Source: Ascoidea asiatica JCM 7603 (taxonomy: Eukaryota > Fungi > Ascomycota). Taken from it: a stretch of DNA of 64,000 bases. Shown piece after piece: positions 44,854 to 55,822 of the stretch. The notes under the pieces are model-generated. The model was given only the letters and a program-made list of their open reading frames with translations. It was not told where the DNA came from and searched no databases. The DNA is taken from the NCBI GenBank assembly GCA_001600695.1, contig BCKQ01000005.1, positions 556,093 to 620,092 of the forward strand. The letters are read 5' to 3'. Position numbers and translations under genes: made by a program. Within the stretch, counting starts at the first letter, position 1. Each line of letters opens with the position of its first letter.

Positions 44854-46524
44854 ATGCCTGTAGATTATTCCAAATGGGATAAAATTGAACTATCTGATGA
44901 TAGTGATATTGAAGTTCATCCAAATGTTGATAAAAGGTCGTTTATACGTTGGAAACAAAGAGATATACATGAGAAAAGAGCTAAAAGACAAATGGATATA
45001 AATACAATTAATATTCAGAATATTATGTATAAGCAATTAAATAAAAGAGTTGACGCTATGATTTCTTCTCTTCCAAACAATGAATTTGCTGAAGAAAATA
45101 AAAGAAATCAATTTTTAAGAGAAAATTTTGATATTGATGAAAAGTCAAATGAACAAGGAATGGAAGATTCTCCAACTTACAATGAAATGATTGAAGATTT
45201 ATTCGTTCAACTTGAAACTGATTTTAAAAAAGAATCTCCTGAATTAGAGTCGGATATAGATAAAAAAGGAATGAAACTCAAAGCATTGGCTGCTGCTCAT
45301 AGACAGAAAATTGAAGCAGTTTTAATTCAAAATGTTGATAAATTAAAAGAACTTGAAAAAGAAGCTCATTCTCATATTACTTCTGAAGATATTCATACGG
45401 GTTTTGATAAGATTGTTTTCAATAAAGATAAAGATACAGATTTCAAACAACCTCCTGAGCTTAAAAAAAAGAAAGAAACTGTAAAGGTTATTGAAACCTT
45501 GAATTCACCTTCTGTTTCATCTACAAGTCCATCTACAAGTCCATCTACCAGTCCATCTACAAATCCATCAATGAGTTCCGAAACCACGGTTAATAAAATT
45601 TCTAGCAACCCTAGCTCGTCTGATGATTATCATGAAGCTGAATCTCTTATGGATATTTTGCCTGAAACAGAAGAATTTGGTAATATACCATCTAATGAAT
45701 ATCTTAAATCTGCTGAATTTTTAAATCAACATCCTTGGATAATAACAGAAAATCAAAAAAATGCTTTACTTATGAAAGCATTTAGATATCAATTTGATGG
45801 TGAATTTGCTAAAGCTCTAGGTATAGTTCATCAATCTTCAATTATATTATTTATTGCATCTTTAGTTGGCCCTGATAATGAGAAAGTAACATCTTCAAAT
45901 TATAAAAAAATTTATTATCAGAGACAAAGAGTTACAAAACAATTAATACCTGCTTTTGCTAATAAAAAGAGTCCTGCAAGAACAAATTTCATAAAAGATG
46001 TTCAAGAAACATATACTCATATTAAAGAAAGATGTCAATATATGCATGAGCATGGTGAATCTTTAGATGAAGATAAAGAAGATGAAAATGACGAAGGAAA
46101 AGAGGGACAACAAGCTACTGAAACTATTCAATTAAAATCAATGGATCCAAATAGTGAATTAGTTATTCATTTACCAAAAGAAAATTCTACTGATCCAGAA
46201 GAACAAGAAAGATTTAGAATATTTTCAACTTTGCCATTAATAATGCAAAAAGCCGTTAAAACAGAATCTTTAGAAGAAATAAATAGCGTTTTTGAAACAA
46301 TGGAATTAGCTGAAGCAGAAGGTATATTAGATACTTTTGATAAATGTGGTGTTATTGGCGTCACTGCTGTTTTTGATAATGAAGATCAATTTGAAGAATA
46401 TAAAACTGAACAAACGAAAGAAGTTTTCCAACAATTTCATGAGCTTGAAATTGATACCAAAGCTCTTAATTTACCAAAAATTAATTCCGACGAATTTACA
46501 ACTTCGACAGATATTGTTGATTAA
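44854..46524 (+). CDS. CDC37: Hsp90 kinase co-chaperone Cdc37
   Basis: MPVDYSKWDKIELSDDSDIEVHPNVDKRSFIRWKQRDIHEKR. Internal (STSP)n repeat at ~45520-45565. Confidence 0.97.
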   Translation: MPVDYSKWDKIELSDDSDIEVHPNVDKRSFIRWKQRDIHEKRAKRQMDINTINIQNIMYKQLNKRVDAMISSLPNNEFAEENKRNQFLRENFDIDEKSNEQGMEDSPTYNEMIEDLFVQLETDFKKESPELESDIDKKGMKLKALAAAHRQKIEAVLIQNVDKLKELEKEAHSHITSEDIHTGFDKIVFNKDKDTDFKQPPELKKKKETVKVIETLNSPSVSSTSPSTSPSTSPSTNPSMSSETTVNKISSNPSSSDDYHEAESLMDILPETEEFGNIPSNEYLKSAEFLNQHPWIITENQKNALLMKAFRYQFDGEFAKALGIVHQSSIILFIASLVGPDNEKVTSSNYKKIYYQRQRVTKQLIPAFANKKSPARTNFIKDVQETYTHIKERCQYMHEHGESLDEDKEDENDEGKEGQQATETIQLKSMDPNSELVIHLPKENSTDPEEQERFRIFSTLPLIMQKAVKTESLEEINSVFETMELAEAEGILDTFDKCGVIGVTAVFDNEDQFEEYKTEQTKEVFQQFHELEIDTKALNLPKINSDEFTTSTDIVD

Positions 46525-46619
46525 GATGATTATTTCATAAAGAAAAAAAAATGGTTTAAATTATTATAACTTCACAATATTTTTATTTTCTAAAAATTTC
46601 AATTTGCATACATAAATAT

Positions 46620-47471
46620 TCAACGATAAAAATCCGGTTTATTTATATTTAATCCATACTCATTTAATGCACTACTTAAGTCATTCATTGTCAATACAAT
46701 TTTTCCTTGATTATTTCCTGTAGAACCTGTTGCTGTTGGCTGTTGACCCATTTGACCAGCAACTAAGGCACGAGCCCTAACTTGTGGATTACTTGAGTTA
46801 TAAACTGCAGAACCTGATCTAATCCTAGAATATTCATAAGCATCACTTGCAATATCACTTATAAACTTTTGTGTAGCTAATGCTAATAATCTTTTTATTC
46901 TAACATCAGCACAATCAAATCCATTTTTGGTTAAATAATAATCAGTTACCGCATCCGGTATAATTGGAGCATAATCATCCATCAATTCTAGGATTTCTTT
47001 CAAAGATTTATCTTGTCTTGAAAAGTCAGGAAGTGAAGGCATGGCAAATCTTGGAATATCTGGTACTATAGGCTTTTTCTCAGCAGAATCTTTATCGGCT
47101 GTAATAGAACCTTTTTCAGTTTCTTTTTCATTTTTTGTTTCTTCTTTTTCCTTCTCTGTGTCACCAGACTTACTTAAGTCTTTATTATCTTTTTTATCGT
47201 CTTTTTTATCGTCTATTTTATTATCAATATCCTTATTTTCCATATCAATATCTTTATTTTCTTCGTCTTCTGCCTTTTCTATCTTTTTTTCAGTTTCTTT
47301 TCTATCATCCTTTTCAGTTACTTTTACTCCAGTTATTGTACCATCTTTTTTATCTAAATCAGCAATTTTGACACTATTAACAGGATTCTCTATTTTTGTT
47401 TCCTTATGGGGAAGATCATCTTCTGGTCTTTCCATAAGCTCATCGTCTACATCCATTTCTATTTCATCCAT
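46620..47471 (-). CDS. TAF10: TFIID/SAGA subunit Taf10
   Basis: [64 protein letters not shown]. First ATG is at 47471 (the track start is TTG). Confidence 0.96.
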   Translation of the reverse strand: MDEIEMDVDDELMERPEDDLPHKETKIENPVNSVKIADLDKKDGTITGVKVTEKDDRKETEKKIEKAEDEENKDIDMENKDIDNKIDDKKDDKKDNKDLSKSGDTEKEKEETKNEKETEKGSITADKDSAEKKPIVPDIPRFAMPSLPDFSRQDKSLKEILELMDDYAPIIPDAVTDYYLTKNGFDCADVRIKRLLALATQKFISDIASDAYEYSRIRSGSAVYNSSNPQVRARALVAGQMGQQPTATGSTGNNQGKIVLTMNDLSSALNEYGLNINKPDFYR

Positions 47472-47903
47472 TTTGTCTTTATAAAATAATAGCTCAATCT
47501 TTCTAATAACCAACAATATTTTTCTTTCTTTTTTATAAACTAAGTCAGTTATTGTCTTTTTTCTATTTTGAATAGATCAATTCTTGAATCAATTATTTAT
47601 ATTCTCATCTTATCTTTTCTAAATTTCTAATTTCAATCAGTATTTTCAAACATGAACTCCGCGGATAGCAAGAAAGCGCTTACCGTAGCTAAATGAAAAT
47701 GTTATTCTTACGTAATCATTCTTTTTGTTTGGGAAATAGGGTGCTTTATCATTACCAGTATTCGTATCTAAATTACGAAACAGCGGTATTTATTTAATTT
47801 TAATGGAAATGAGATTAATCCATCTTTTTTTTCTGCTATTGTTCTTAAGAAATTCAAAATCATTTTAATTCAATCCAATTACAAAGAGCATGAATATAAC
47901 AAA

Positions 47904-50900
47904 ATGGCTGATAGTTTGTATCCGGACAATTTAATTGATCCTCATTCTGATATGAACAAGATCTTTTCTATCGAGCCAGTCAAATTAGCCTTTGAAGTAT
48001 CCAATTTAGCATCTTTAAAAGTTTCAAATAATATTTTAGTTTTTGCTTTGAAAACTGGAAAAATATGTCGTATTAATTTAAACGATCCTGGAAATGTTGA
48101 AGAAATTCAATTGTTCAATTCCGACTCAAATTACTCCAGTAAATCCAAAAATAAAGCCAATACAAATAACAATGTGGGCGTAAAAATAAAAAATTTATTT
48201 TTTGATCCTTCAGGAAGTCACTTGATAATTTCAACTACTAAAAATGACAACTACTATTTGAATTCAAGTACAACAGAACCAAAATTGCTTAATAAGTTTA
48301 AAGGTGTAGATATATCATTTATTGCATGGTGCCCAATAAAACTTACAAATTTAATTGCTGCCAATTTATTAATAGGTACAAGAAATGGATTGATTTTAGA
48401 GTCAACGCTAGAGTATTCTAATGAATTGTTTAAAAAAGATGATAAATTTTTAAAGCCAGTTTGGAAAAATCCAAAATCAAATATTCCACTAAATGGAAAC
48501 AATAAAAATCTTAGATTGAAACCAATTGATGGTATTTCTATTAAATATCAAAAAGCATTCAACAAATTTGTGGTTATAATAACAACTGGAGATGATATAT
48601 TTTATTATAATTATAAATCACCTGTGGCTTACTTAAACTCCATGAATTTAAACCAACCTCTTTTTCAAAATTTTTTCAAAAATGAACCCTCAGATTATGA
48701 AAGATTTGAAGATTTAGGATTAATAAATGGTAATAAATTTACTTTCAATAATGATTCATATGCATGGGTTACTAGTGCAGGAATTGTTTATGGCCCGATG
48801 GATCAACAGTCATCAATTGGAATTAACGATGATCCGTTTATCAAAGGTCAGATATCAAATAATAAGTTTTTCAATAATTCCAAAATTTTATTAAATTTGG
48901 AACTACCCAAAAGTACTCATAAATTTAAATCTCTCTTACTTTCTAAATATCACCTTATTTTATTAAGAGATAAAGAAATTTTAATAATAAATCAAGTGAA
49001 CGATCAATTAGTTTTTTCAAAAACATTACCGCTTAATAATGATAATGAAAGGTTTATAAGTTTATCTGCTGATTATTATAATTCGGACCCAAAATCTATA
49101 ACATATTGGGTTTATTCAAACCTTAATATATATGAAATAGTTATTTCTAATGAGTCAAGAGATATATGGAAAAATTATTTGGAAATAAATGAGTTTGACA
49201 AAGCTTTAAAATTAGTGAAAGAAACTACAAATGACCCAATAGATAAAGATATAATTCTTTTGAAGAAAGGCCATTATTTATTAAAGAGAAAAAATTATAG
49301 TGAGGCTGCAAGTATTTTAGCTTATTCAACTGAGCCCTTTGAAACAATTACATTGAAATTGATCGATAACAATCAATTTGAATCTTTAAGAAAATATCTT
49401 ATGATAAAGCTTTCAATTATTGCTAAAAAAGATAATTATATGCAAAAAGTAATGCTAAGCAGTTGGATTTTGGAATTATTTCTTGAAAGATTAAATTATG
49501 TAGATGATTTAATTGCTCTAAGAAATAACGAGCCTTCTTCCCCAATAGATAACAAATTGGAAGGAAATAACTTAGAAACTGTTGGTATACATCTAAATAA
49601 GGGATCCCAGCTTTTAAATGGAAACAATTCATCATTGTCCTCTAAAAGAAATAAAGATTTTTTCAAAAATTTCGGCTCTCTATCTCATTTAACTTTGAAT
49701 GAGTTAATCAAAATCAAAACTGACTTAGAAAGGTCATATCAAAACTTTCTTATTGACAGTAAGAATAACTTACATTATGAGACCATTTATCAAACAATTA
49801 CAAGCCATAATCGTAGAAACGAACTTCTTTTTTTTGCTAACATTATCAATGATTATGACTTTATTTTAAATTATTGGATTAATTTGGAGCAATGGTCAGA
49901 AGCTCTCAAAATACTTTACAAGAAAAATGATCCGAAGGTAATTTATAAATATTCTACTGCTCTACTTGCAAACTATTCTAAGGAAACTGTTGATATATGG
50001 ATTCAGTTTAATAAAATCCTTAATCCTGTTAAATTTATTCCAGCAATATTAAGCTATAATGTAAACTGTAATCAAAAGATAAAACCTGAAAATCACCAAG
50101 GTCTAAGGTATCTAAACTTTGTTACTGATACTTTAAAAAATAGGGAATCTGTTATTCATAATACTCTTCTTAGTATTTTGATTACTTATCCAACTCAATC
50201 TTATTTACAATCCAATAGCAAAAAAGAAAAAGTTGATAATACAACAGATAATGTTTTGAGAAAAGAGTCTATAGCCTCTATTAGTCTCACAAATAATGAC
50301 TTAAATGATGATAATGAAGTGTTCATTTTAAAGTATTTGCAACAATTTAATGATGAAATATGTTATGATTCCGATTTTATTTTACGGTTATGCTTACAAC
50401 ACAAAAAAATCCAAAGTGCCATTCATATATATTCTGTTTTGGAAAATTTACAAGAAGCTGTAAGTTTGGCCTTAAAGTATAATTTAGTAAAGCTAGCTTG
50501 TGTGATAGCTGATAGACCTATGGATGATCCTCATTTAAGGAAGCAATTGTGGCTCAAGATTTCCAAAAAGATGATTGAAAGAGTTAGTTATGAGACAATA
50601 ATAGATAAATCGGGTAGAGAAATTATTTTGAAAGAAAGTAATACAGAAGAAGTCGCAATCAAAAACAGTAAGGACATCCAAGAAATGTTAAAATTTTTAT
50701 TATCTAATTGTGAACTTTTGACAATAAAAGATTTACTTCCCTTATTTCCTAAATTTTTAGTTATTGATACCTTCAAAACAGAAATCATTAAAAATCTAGA
50801 AAATTATGGTCTTAGGATGAACCAATTGAATCAATCTATCAACAATACTTTGGCTGTCTCTAAAAAAATTAAATCTGAAATCACATCTTATCAAAAAAGA

Positions 50901-51263
50901 TTTTCAATTGTTGAACCTGGCGAACAATGTGCAATTTGTAAATATCCGTTAATTATAAAAAAATTTTTTGTGTTTCCTTGTCAGCATTGCTTTCATGCTG
51001 ATTGCTTGATCAAGTATATTCTAAGTTCCAATGATTACAAGCTTAAAAAACAAATTCAAATGTTGCAAAGACAATATCAAGTAAATAAAGCTTCTATTGG
51101 TGATAATGGTGAGATGCTTAATAAGAAATTTTTAAGAAGTATAGAACTTGAAAAAATAATAGCAACTAAGTGTGTTTTGTGTAGTGATATCAATATTGAT
51201 ACAATTGACGACCCCTTTATTACTGCAAATGAAAAGCTTGCTCTTAAAGAATGGGAAATCTAA
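47904..51263 (+). CDS. PEP3: Vps18/Pep3, HOPS/CORVET core subunit
   Basis: FFDPSGSHLII beta-propeller, FETITLKLI, LRKQLWLKI, LLTIKDLLPLFP, RING-H2 CAIC...FPCQHCFHADCL...CVLC. Confidence 0.95.
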   Translation: MADSLYPDNLIDPHSDMNKIFSIEPVKLAFEVSNLASLKVSNNILVFALKTGKICRINLNDPGNVEEIQLFNSDSNYSSKSKNKANTNNNVGVKIKNLFFDPSGSHLIISTTKNDNYYLNSSTTEPKLLNKFKGVDISFIAWCPIKLTNLIAANLLIGTRNGLILESTLEYSNELFKKDDKFLKPVWKNPKSNIPLNGNNKNLRLKPIDGISIKYQKAFNKFVVIITTGDDIFYYNYKSPVAYLNSMNLNQPLFQNFFKNEPSDYERFEDLGLINGNKFTFNNDSYAWVTSAGIVYGPMDQQSSIGINDDPFIKGQISNNKFFNNSKILLNLELPKSTHKFKSLLLSKYHLILLRDKEILIINQVNDQLVFSKTLPLNNDNERFISLSADYYNSDPKSITYWVYSNLNIYEIVISNESRDIWKNYLEINEFDKALKLVKETTNDPIDKDIILLKKGHYLLKRKNYSEAASILAYSTEPFETITLKLIDNNQFESLRKYLMIKLSIIAKKDNYMQKVMLSSWILELFLERLNYVDDLIALRNNEPSSPIDNKLEGNNLETVGIHLNKGSQLLNGNNSSLSSKRNKDFFKNFGSLSHLTLNELIKIKTDLERSYQNFLIDSKNNLHYETIYQTITSHNRRNELLFFANIINDYDFILNYWINLEQWSEALKILYKKNDPKVIYKYSTALLANYSKETVDIWIQFNKILNPVKFIPAILSYNVNCNQKIKPENHQGLRYLNFVTDTLKNRESVIHNTLLSILITYPTQSYLQSNSKKEKVDNTTDNVLRKESIASISLTNNDLNDDNEVFILKYLQQFNDEICYDSDFILRLCLQHKKIQSAIHIYSVLENLQEAVSLALKYNLVKLACVIADRPMDDPHLRKQLWLKISKKMIERVSYETIIDKSGREIILKESNTEEVAIKNSKDIQEMLKFLLSNCELLTIKDLLPLFPKFLVIDTFKTEIIKNLENYGLRMNQLNQSINNTLAVSKKIKSEITSYQKRFSIVEPGEQCAICKYPLIIKKFFVFPCQHCFHADCLIKYILSSNDYKLKKQIQMLQRQYQVNKASIGDNGEMLNKKFLRSIELEKIIATKCVLCSDINIDTIDDPFITANEKLALKEWEI

Positions 51264-51740
51264 TTTAGTTTAATTTAATTCAATTCAATATTTTTTTTTT
51301 GTGCTTTCTGATTTCTAGTTTTTTTTTCTTTTCTACAAAAAGTTTAATATAATTTATTTTCACTTTCATTTTTATATTTAGAAACACATTATTTTTATAT
51401 TGTTTCATAGACAAAATTTAAACTAAGAATGTATTTTGATTTATCTTTCTTTAAACGATAATCTGGGTTATAGATATATATAATTATATACTGTAAGAAT
51501 ATTCCAATAAATTGGAAAAAACGGTATTTGAAAGTTCTTACTATCTTAAATAATTGTAATTAATCTCAATTTTACAAAAATCAAAACTTTCCTCCTCTTT
51601 TTTTAAGTCTACTATTATTTTATTAACACTTTATAAATTACAAGAATAGTCGAATTCTTTTCACAGCTTTATTGTAAGCAACATAGTGGCTCGTTATTTT
51701 ACGATAAACACTTTTTTATATACAGTTATTATGAATTGTC

Positions 51741-52289
51741 TCATAAGTTTTTCTTCAAGTCATTATTATCTTTCAAAAGCTTCTCCCAATTCTTACTTAA
51801 AGGGCAAAATTCTGAAATAATTTCAATACTTTTTTCTCGCACAATTCCCTCAATGAATGTTTCATTGGATAACCAATTTTGAATCATTGATATTTTCTCA
51901 TATTTTTGGGTTTTTGCAGTAATATCATCTCGCTCAGCATAAGGATCGAGCCTCAAGTTATAATCCTTCGGTTCAGAATGGGTCTTGAGCTCATGAGTAC
52001 CATTATCTATCTCTTCTTTCATTTTTTCAACTTCCTGACCACAAAATATAATGGCATCCGATCTGGATTTCCAACTAGGTAGAAGAACCTTAGTTATATA
52101 ATCACTGCATATTAGTTCCTCTGATTTTTCTGATTCTCTTGAAGATTGAGTTTTATCCAGAAGATTTAATCTTAAGGTATCATCACTAGCAAATCTAGAT
52201 AAGTTTAAAAATGTCCTAACTCCATTGGTTTTAAATGATAAACAGGTTTCTCTGCTTAACTCAATTCTGTCTAAATCAACCTTCTTCAT
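51741..52289 (-). CDS. MIX23: Mix23 (CCDC58/Cid2 family) mitochondrial intermembrane-space protein
   Basis: LSRETCL, FLNLSRFASDDTL, C..YI...LLPSWKSRSDAIIFC, LRLDPYA, WLSNE..IE.IV. Adjacent to SRO77 as in S. cerevisiae. Confidence 0.85.
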   Translation of the reverse strand: MKKVDLDRIELSRETCLSFKTNGVRTFLNLSRFASDDTLRLNLLDKTQSSRESEKSEELICSDYITKVLLPSWKSRSDAIIFCGQEVEKMKEEIDNGTHELKTHSEPKDYNLRLDPYAERDDITAKTQKYEKISMIQNWLSNETFIEGIVREKSIEIISEFCPLSKNWEKLLKDNNDLKKNL

Positions 52290-52722
52290 TATTAAAGTAT
52301 TCCTCTATTTTGCAAAGCAAAGTGTTGTTAGATATTTAATGAATTGGATTAAATATTTAATTGTCTCTCATTGTTCATTTTCATTTCCATTTTCCTAATA
52401 ATCAATTTCATTTTCCTGTATTTTGAAATATTTTTGTTCAGGTATATTACCCTCGGTTACCCTCGTATTATCACTTATGGGTTTATTTCCGGGGTGAGAA
52501 AGACAGGATACCGCTAGCAAGTCTTGGATCAAAGCCATTTTGATTAATTCAATGATGAACTCCATAGGATAAATATCTTTATCCTTATTTTTATAAAAAA
52601 AAAATATCATACATTTTACGTTGATTGTTAATTATAAATATTGCTTCAGTTGTCCTCAATAATTGTCAATCTATATTTATTCTTGTTTTTTATTCCTAGT
52701 ATTATTGTATTAATTAATTGTT

Positions 52723-55700
52723 ATGTTTAAAGGAAAAATCAGAACTGTTTCTAACATTATTCGCTCTGATGCTGATCTTTCTCATGGAATTGACGCAACT
52801 AAATTTAATCTTGTTGAAGTAAGTCTACATTTTTTAGTGATAATTTTTTTTAATTTCTCTTAGGCTTCCTATGCTTTCAATGAATTGGTTACTAACAAAG
52901 CAACTGAAGATTTCAAAATATGGTATTTCAAATATTTCAACAATTGCCTTTGATCCTGTGCAGAGTCTAATCGCTTGCTTTTCAAGCAACTCTAGTGGTT
53001 CTATAATTCACATATTTGGACAGGCAAATGTTCATGTTTCATTTTCAATTCCTTCATCAAGCCCAATTTCTGATTTGAGATTTTTGAAGGGAATTTTTTT
53101 GGTTGCAAGTAATGGTACAAACATTTACATCTGTTCTCTTGCAAAATTAAATGGGAAAAATTTGTTGCTTTCCTATTCTGCACCTGGAAAAATTTCTGCT
53201 ATAACTTCGGATCCTTCTCTAAACTATATATTTATTGGGACTTCTAGTGGTTTAACCTATGTTTTTGATGTATTGTCTGGTAATCTTACTAACTTCCAAT
53301 TCACAAACTTTCAAAGAATATATTTTGGATCTCAGAAAGGACGTTTATCAAATTCACTTCTAAGTAGTCCTGTACTTTCTTTACAAGTTCACCCAAGAGA
53401 TTTTGGAACAATGTTAATTGGGTATTCTCATTCTGCAATTGTATATTCTATAACAAATGATAATATTCAATTGCCTCTAAATTTAGCTTCTTATCCTAAA
53501 TTACTAAAAGCTATGTATAACCCTAATGGTCTAAGCATTTTAACTATACACACAGGTGGTTTATTTGTGTTTTGGGATGCTAATACTGGAACTTTATTAC
53601 AAAGTAGAACTATTTTTGATGTGAATATAAATGTTTCACGCTTTAATGCTAATGAAAATATTTACAATAATATTGTTCAGGTCGAATGGATTTGTGAAAA
53701 TAACACGGAAAATACTGCTTTATTAATAGTTGCTGGCTCTCAAGGTATAAATAGAAATGATTTAATTCATGTTCAGTTTAACACAATGCCAAAATATTCT
53801 GTGACATCTTATCAAAAAATGGGAGATTTTTTTGCTAATCCTAAAAAAGTGAAAGTTTTTCCAGTAGGTGATGTTTCTGTCAAAAAAGTTTTGTCTTTAC
53901 CTAGAGCTTCTCCTTTCTTTGAAGGTAATCATGATCCTGAATATATTCTTATTCTCAATAACAATAATGACATTATTCTTTTGAAGTATCCTGAAGGAAT
54001 AATAGACTCTCGTGCATCTTTGTTACCACCATCAATTTCATGGGTTTCTCCAAGAATAACCTGTTTAAGCACCTGTGAAGTTGATAAAATTCAATGGATG
54101 GGTATTTTGTCTAATGCCAAAAAATTAAATGCCAATCCAATATTAAAAGGAGGTAATGCTGTCAATAACTCAGCAAGAATTTTTAGTAAGAGATTAGCAT
54201 TATTAACTGGCCATCAAAATGGTATTGTACGATTATGGGATGCATCTTTAAGTGAGCTAAATGAAACTGATGTCTTAGAGATTGATACTAGTTTTATTTC
54301 AGATGATCCGTTAAAAATTGATATTAATGAGATATCATATGCTTCAGAAATAACAGAAATTGCTTGTTCTAATCAACGAGGAGATTGTTTTATTTATAAA
54401 TTTGGAGGAAATTTGAAATACAATCCTAATTTATCGGAAAATGATATCTATTCAATGAGAAGAAACTTCAGTAAATATATTAGCAAAGCAGATCCAGGAC
54501 ATTTGATTGATATTTCAAAATTGGCACCTCCCAATGTTTCAGAAGGATTTCTCCCGTTAATGTTGCTCAAAACTAGCAACCCGGATAATAAAATTATTTC
54601 TTTGAGAAATTCAAACATTGGGTTTACTGCAATTGGATACTTAAACGGTGACATACTTCTTATCGATTCAAGAAATAAACCTAGTATAATATATTCTGAA
54701 AATATTAATAATGGGATACTTGAGTCTAAGCATCGAAATTCACATACTTCTAGATTGTCGTTTATAACCAACTTTGAGTTTTCCATATCCAAACTAGAAC
54801 AAAATTCTAGATATTCTTCCATAACTCTTTATGCTGGAACAAATAGTGGTAAATTAATAGTCTTTGAAATTTTGCCATTTGATAATAAATTTAATGTAAA
54901 TTGTGTTACTTCACTTGAAACTAACAAAGCATCAATAATGAATTTAATTCCTCTCGATTTTTCGGGTAGGTCCACAACTCCAAGTAATAATGTTTTTCAG
55001 AAGTTGCCAAGTGGTATTTTGATCGATAATATGTTGATAATTGTTTCCAAGTGTGATATCCAAATTTTAAAGGGAATATCAAATAAATCAAGTCGTAAGA
55101 GCTTTGATTCCGACGAGATTATTTCTAGTGATATAATAAATATTTCTCAACAACAAAATCCTAATTCTCTTATATTAGCATGCTTATTATCCTCAAATAA
55201 AATTAAACTTTTATCAATCCCAGCTTTGTATGAGATAAAGACTTTGAATCTTCCTAATTATAATAATAATCAGAAATCAAATTTGAATAGTATTCTTCCT
55301 GTTGGTGATATAATATTTGGAATAAATGAAACAGAAAGCTGTTTATATAATATTTTAGGAAAAGGACTTTTAAATCCGCCTGAAGATAGTTTGTATAATG
55401 CTAATTTAAAAGTACCACCTCGTCCAGTTATTAATGCTCTTCAATGGGTTAGAGGAACAAAGCTAATAAGTAAGGATGATTTTGACTTGATCTTGACCAA
55501 TAATACCAAGGTAAAATCTAAATATCCAAAAATATCATCATTGGCAGAAGGTTCAATGACACAAACTCCAATTGACAGTATATTGGCTGATAATCCTTCG
55601 AATTCTGATAAGCAAACATACATACGTCCAGTTAAAAAAAGTGGAACCGGATCTTTTATCAATACGAATGGTTTTGTAAGATCTGTTCAAAATGGATTTG

Positions 55701-55822
55701 ACAATATTGGTGATTCAATTAATGATTTTGGTGAATCTGTTAGTAATAGTTTAAGTGAGGGTATTGAAGAAACTAAATCCTCGGCAATGAAATCAATTTT
55801 CAAATCCAAATTTGGATTGTAG
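52723..55822 (+). CDS. SRO7: Lgl/tomosyn homologue Sro7/Sro77; exon 1 52723-52818, exon 2 from 52910 (or 52901)
   Basis: KYGI..IAFDPVQSLIA, LQVHPRDFGTMLIGY, PKYSVTSY, LLTGHQNGIVRLWDAS, NSNIGF, PPRP. An upstream exon MFKGKIRTVSN...KFNLVE is followed by GTAAGT, with TACTAAC at 52890. Confidence 0.9.
52819..52909 (+). other. Spliceosomal intron of SRO7 (AAG acceptor at 52909; alternative in-frame AAG at 52900)
   Basis: GTAAGT donor at 52819 (phase 0), TACTAAC at 52890-52896; both AAGs restore the reading frame. Confidence 0.8.

Noticed and set aside
52871-52900. ORF-track start of SRO7
   Set aside because: Lies inside the intron (it spans the TACTAAC); an upstream exon supplies the start.
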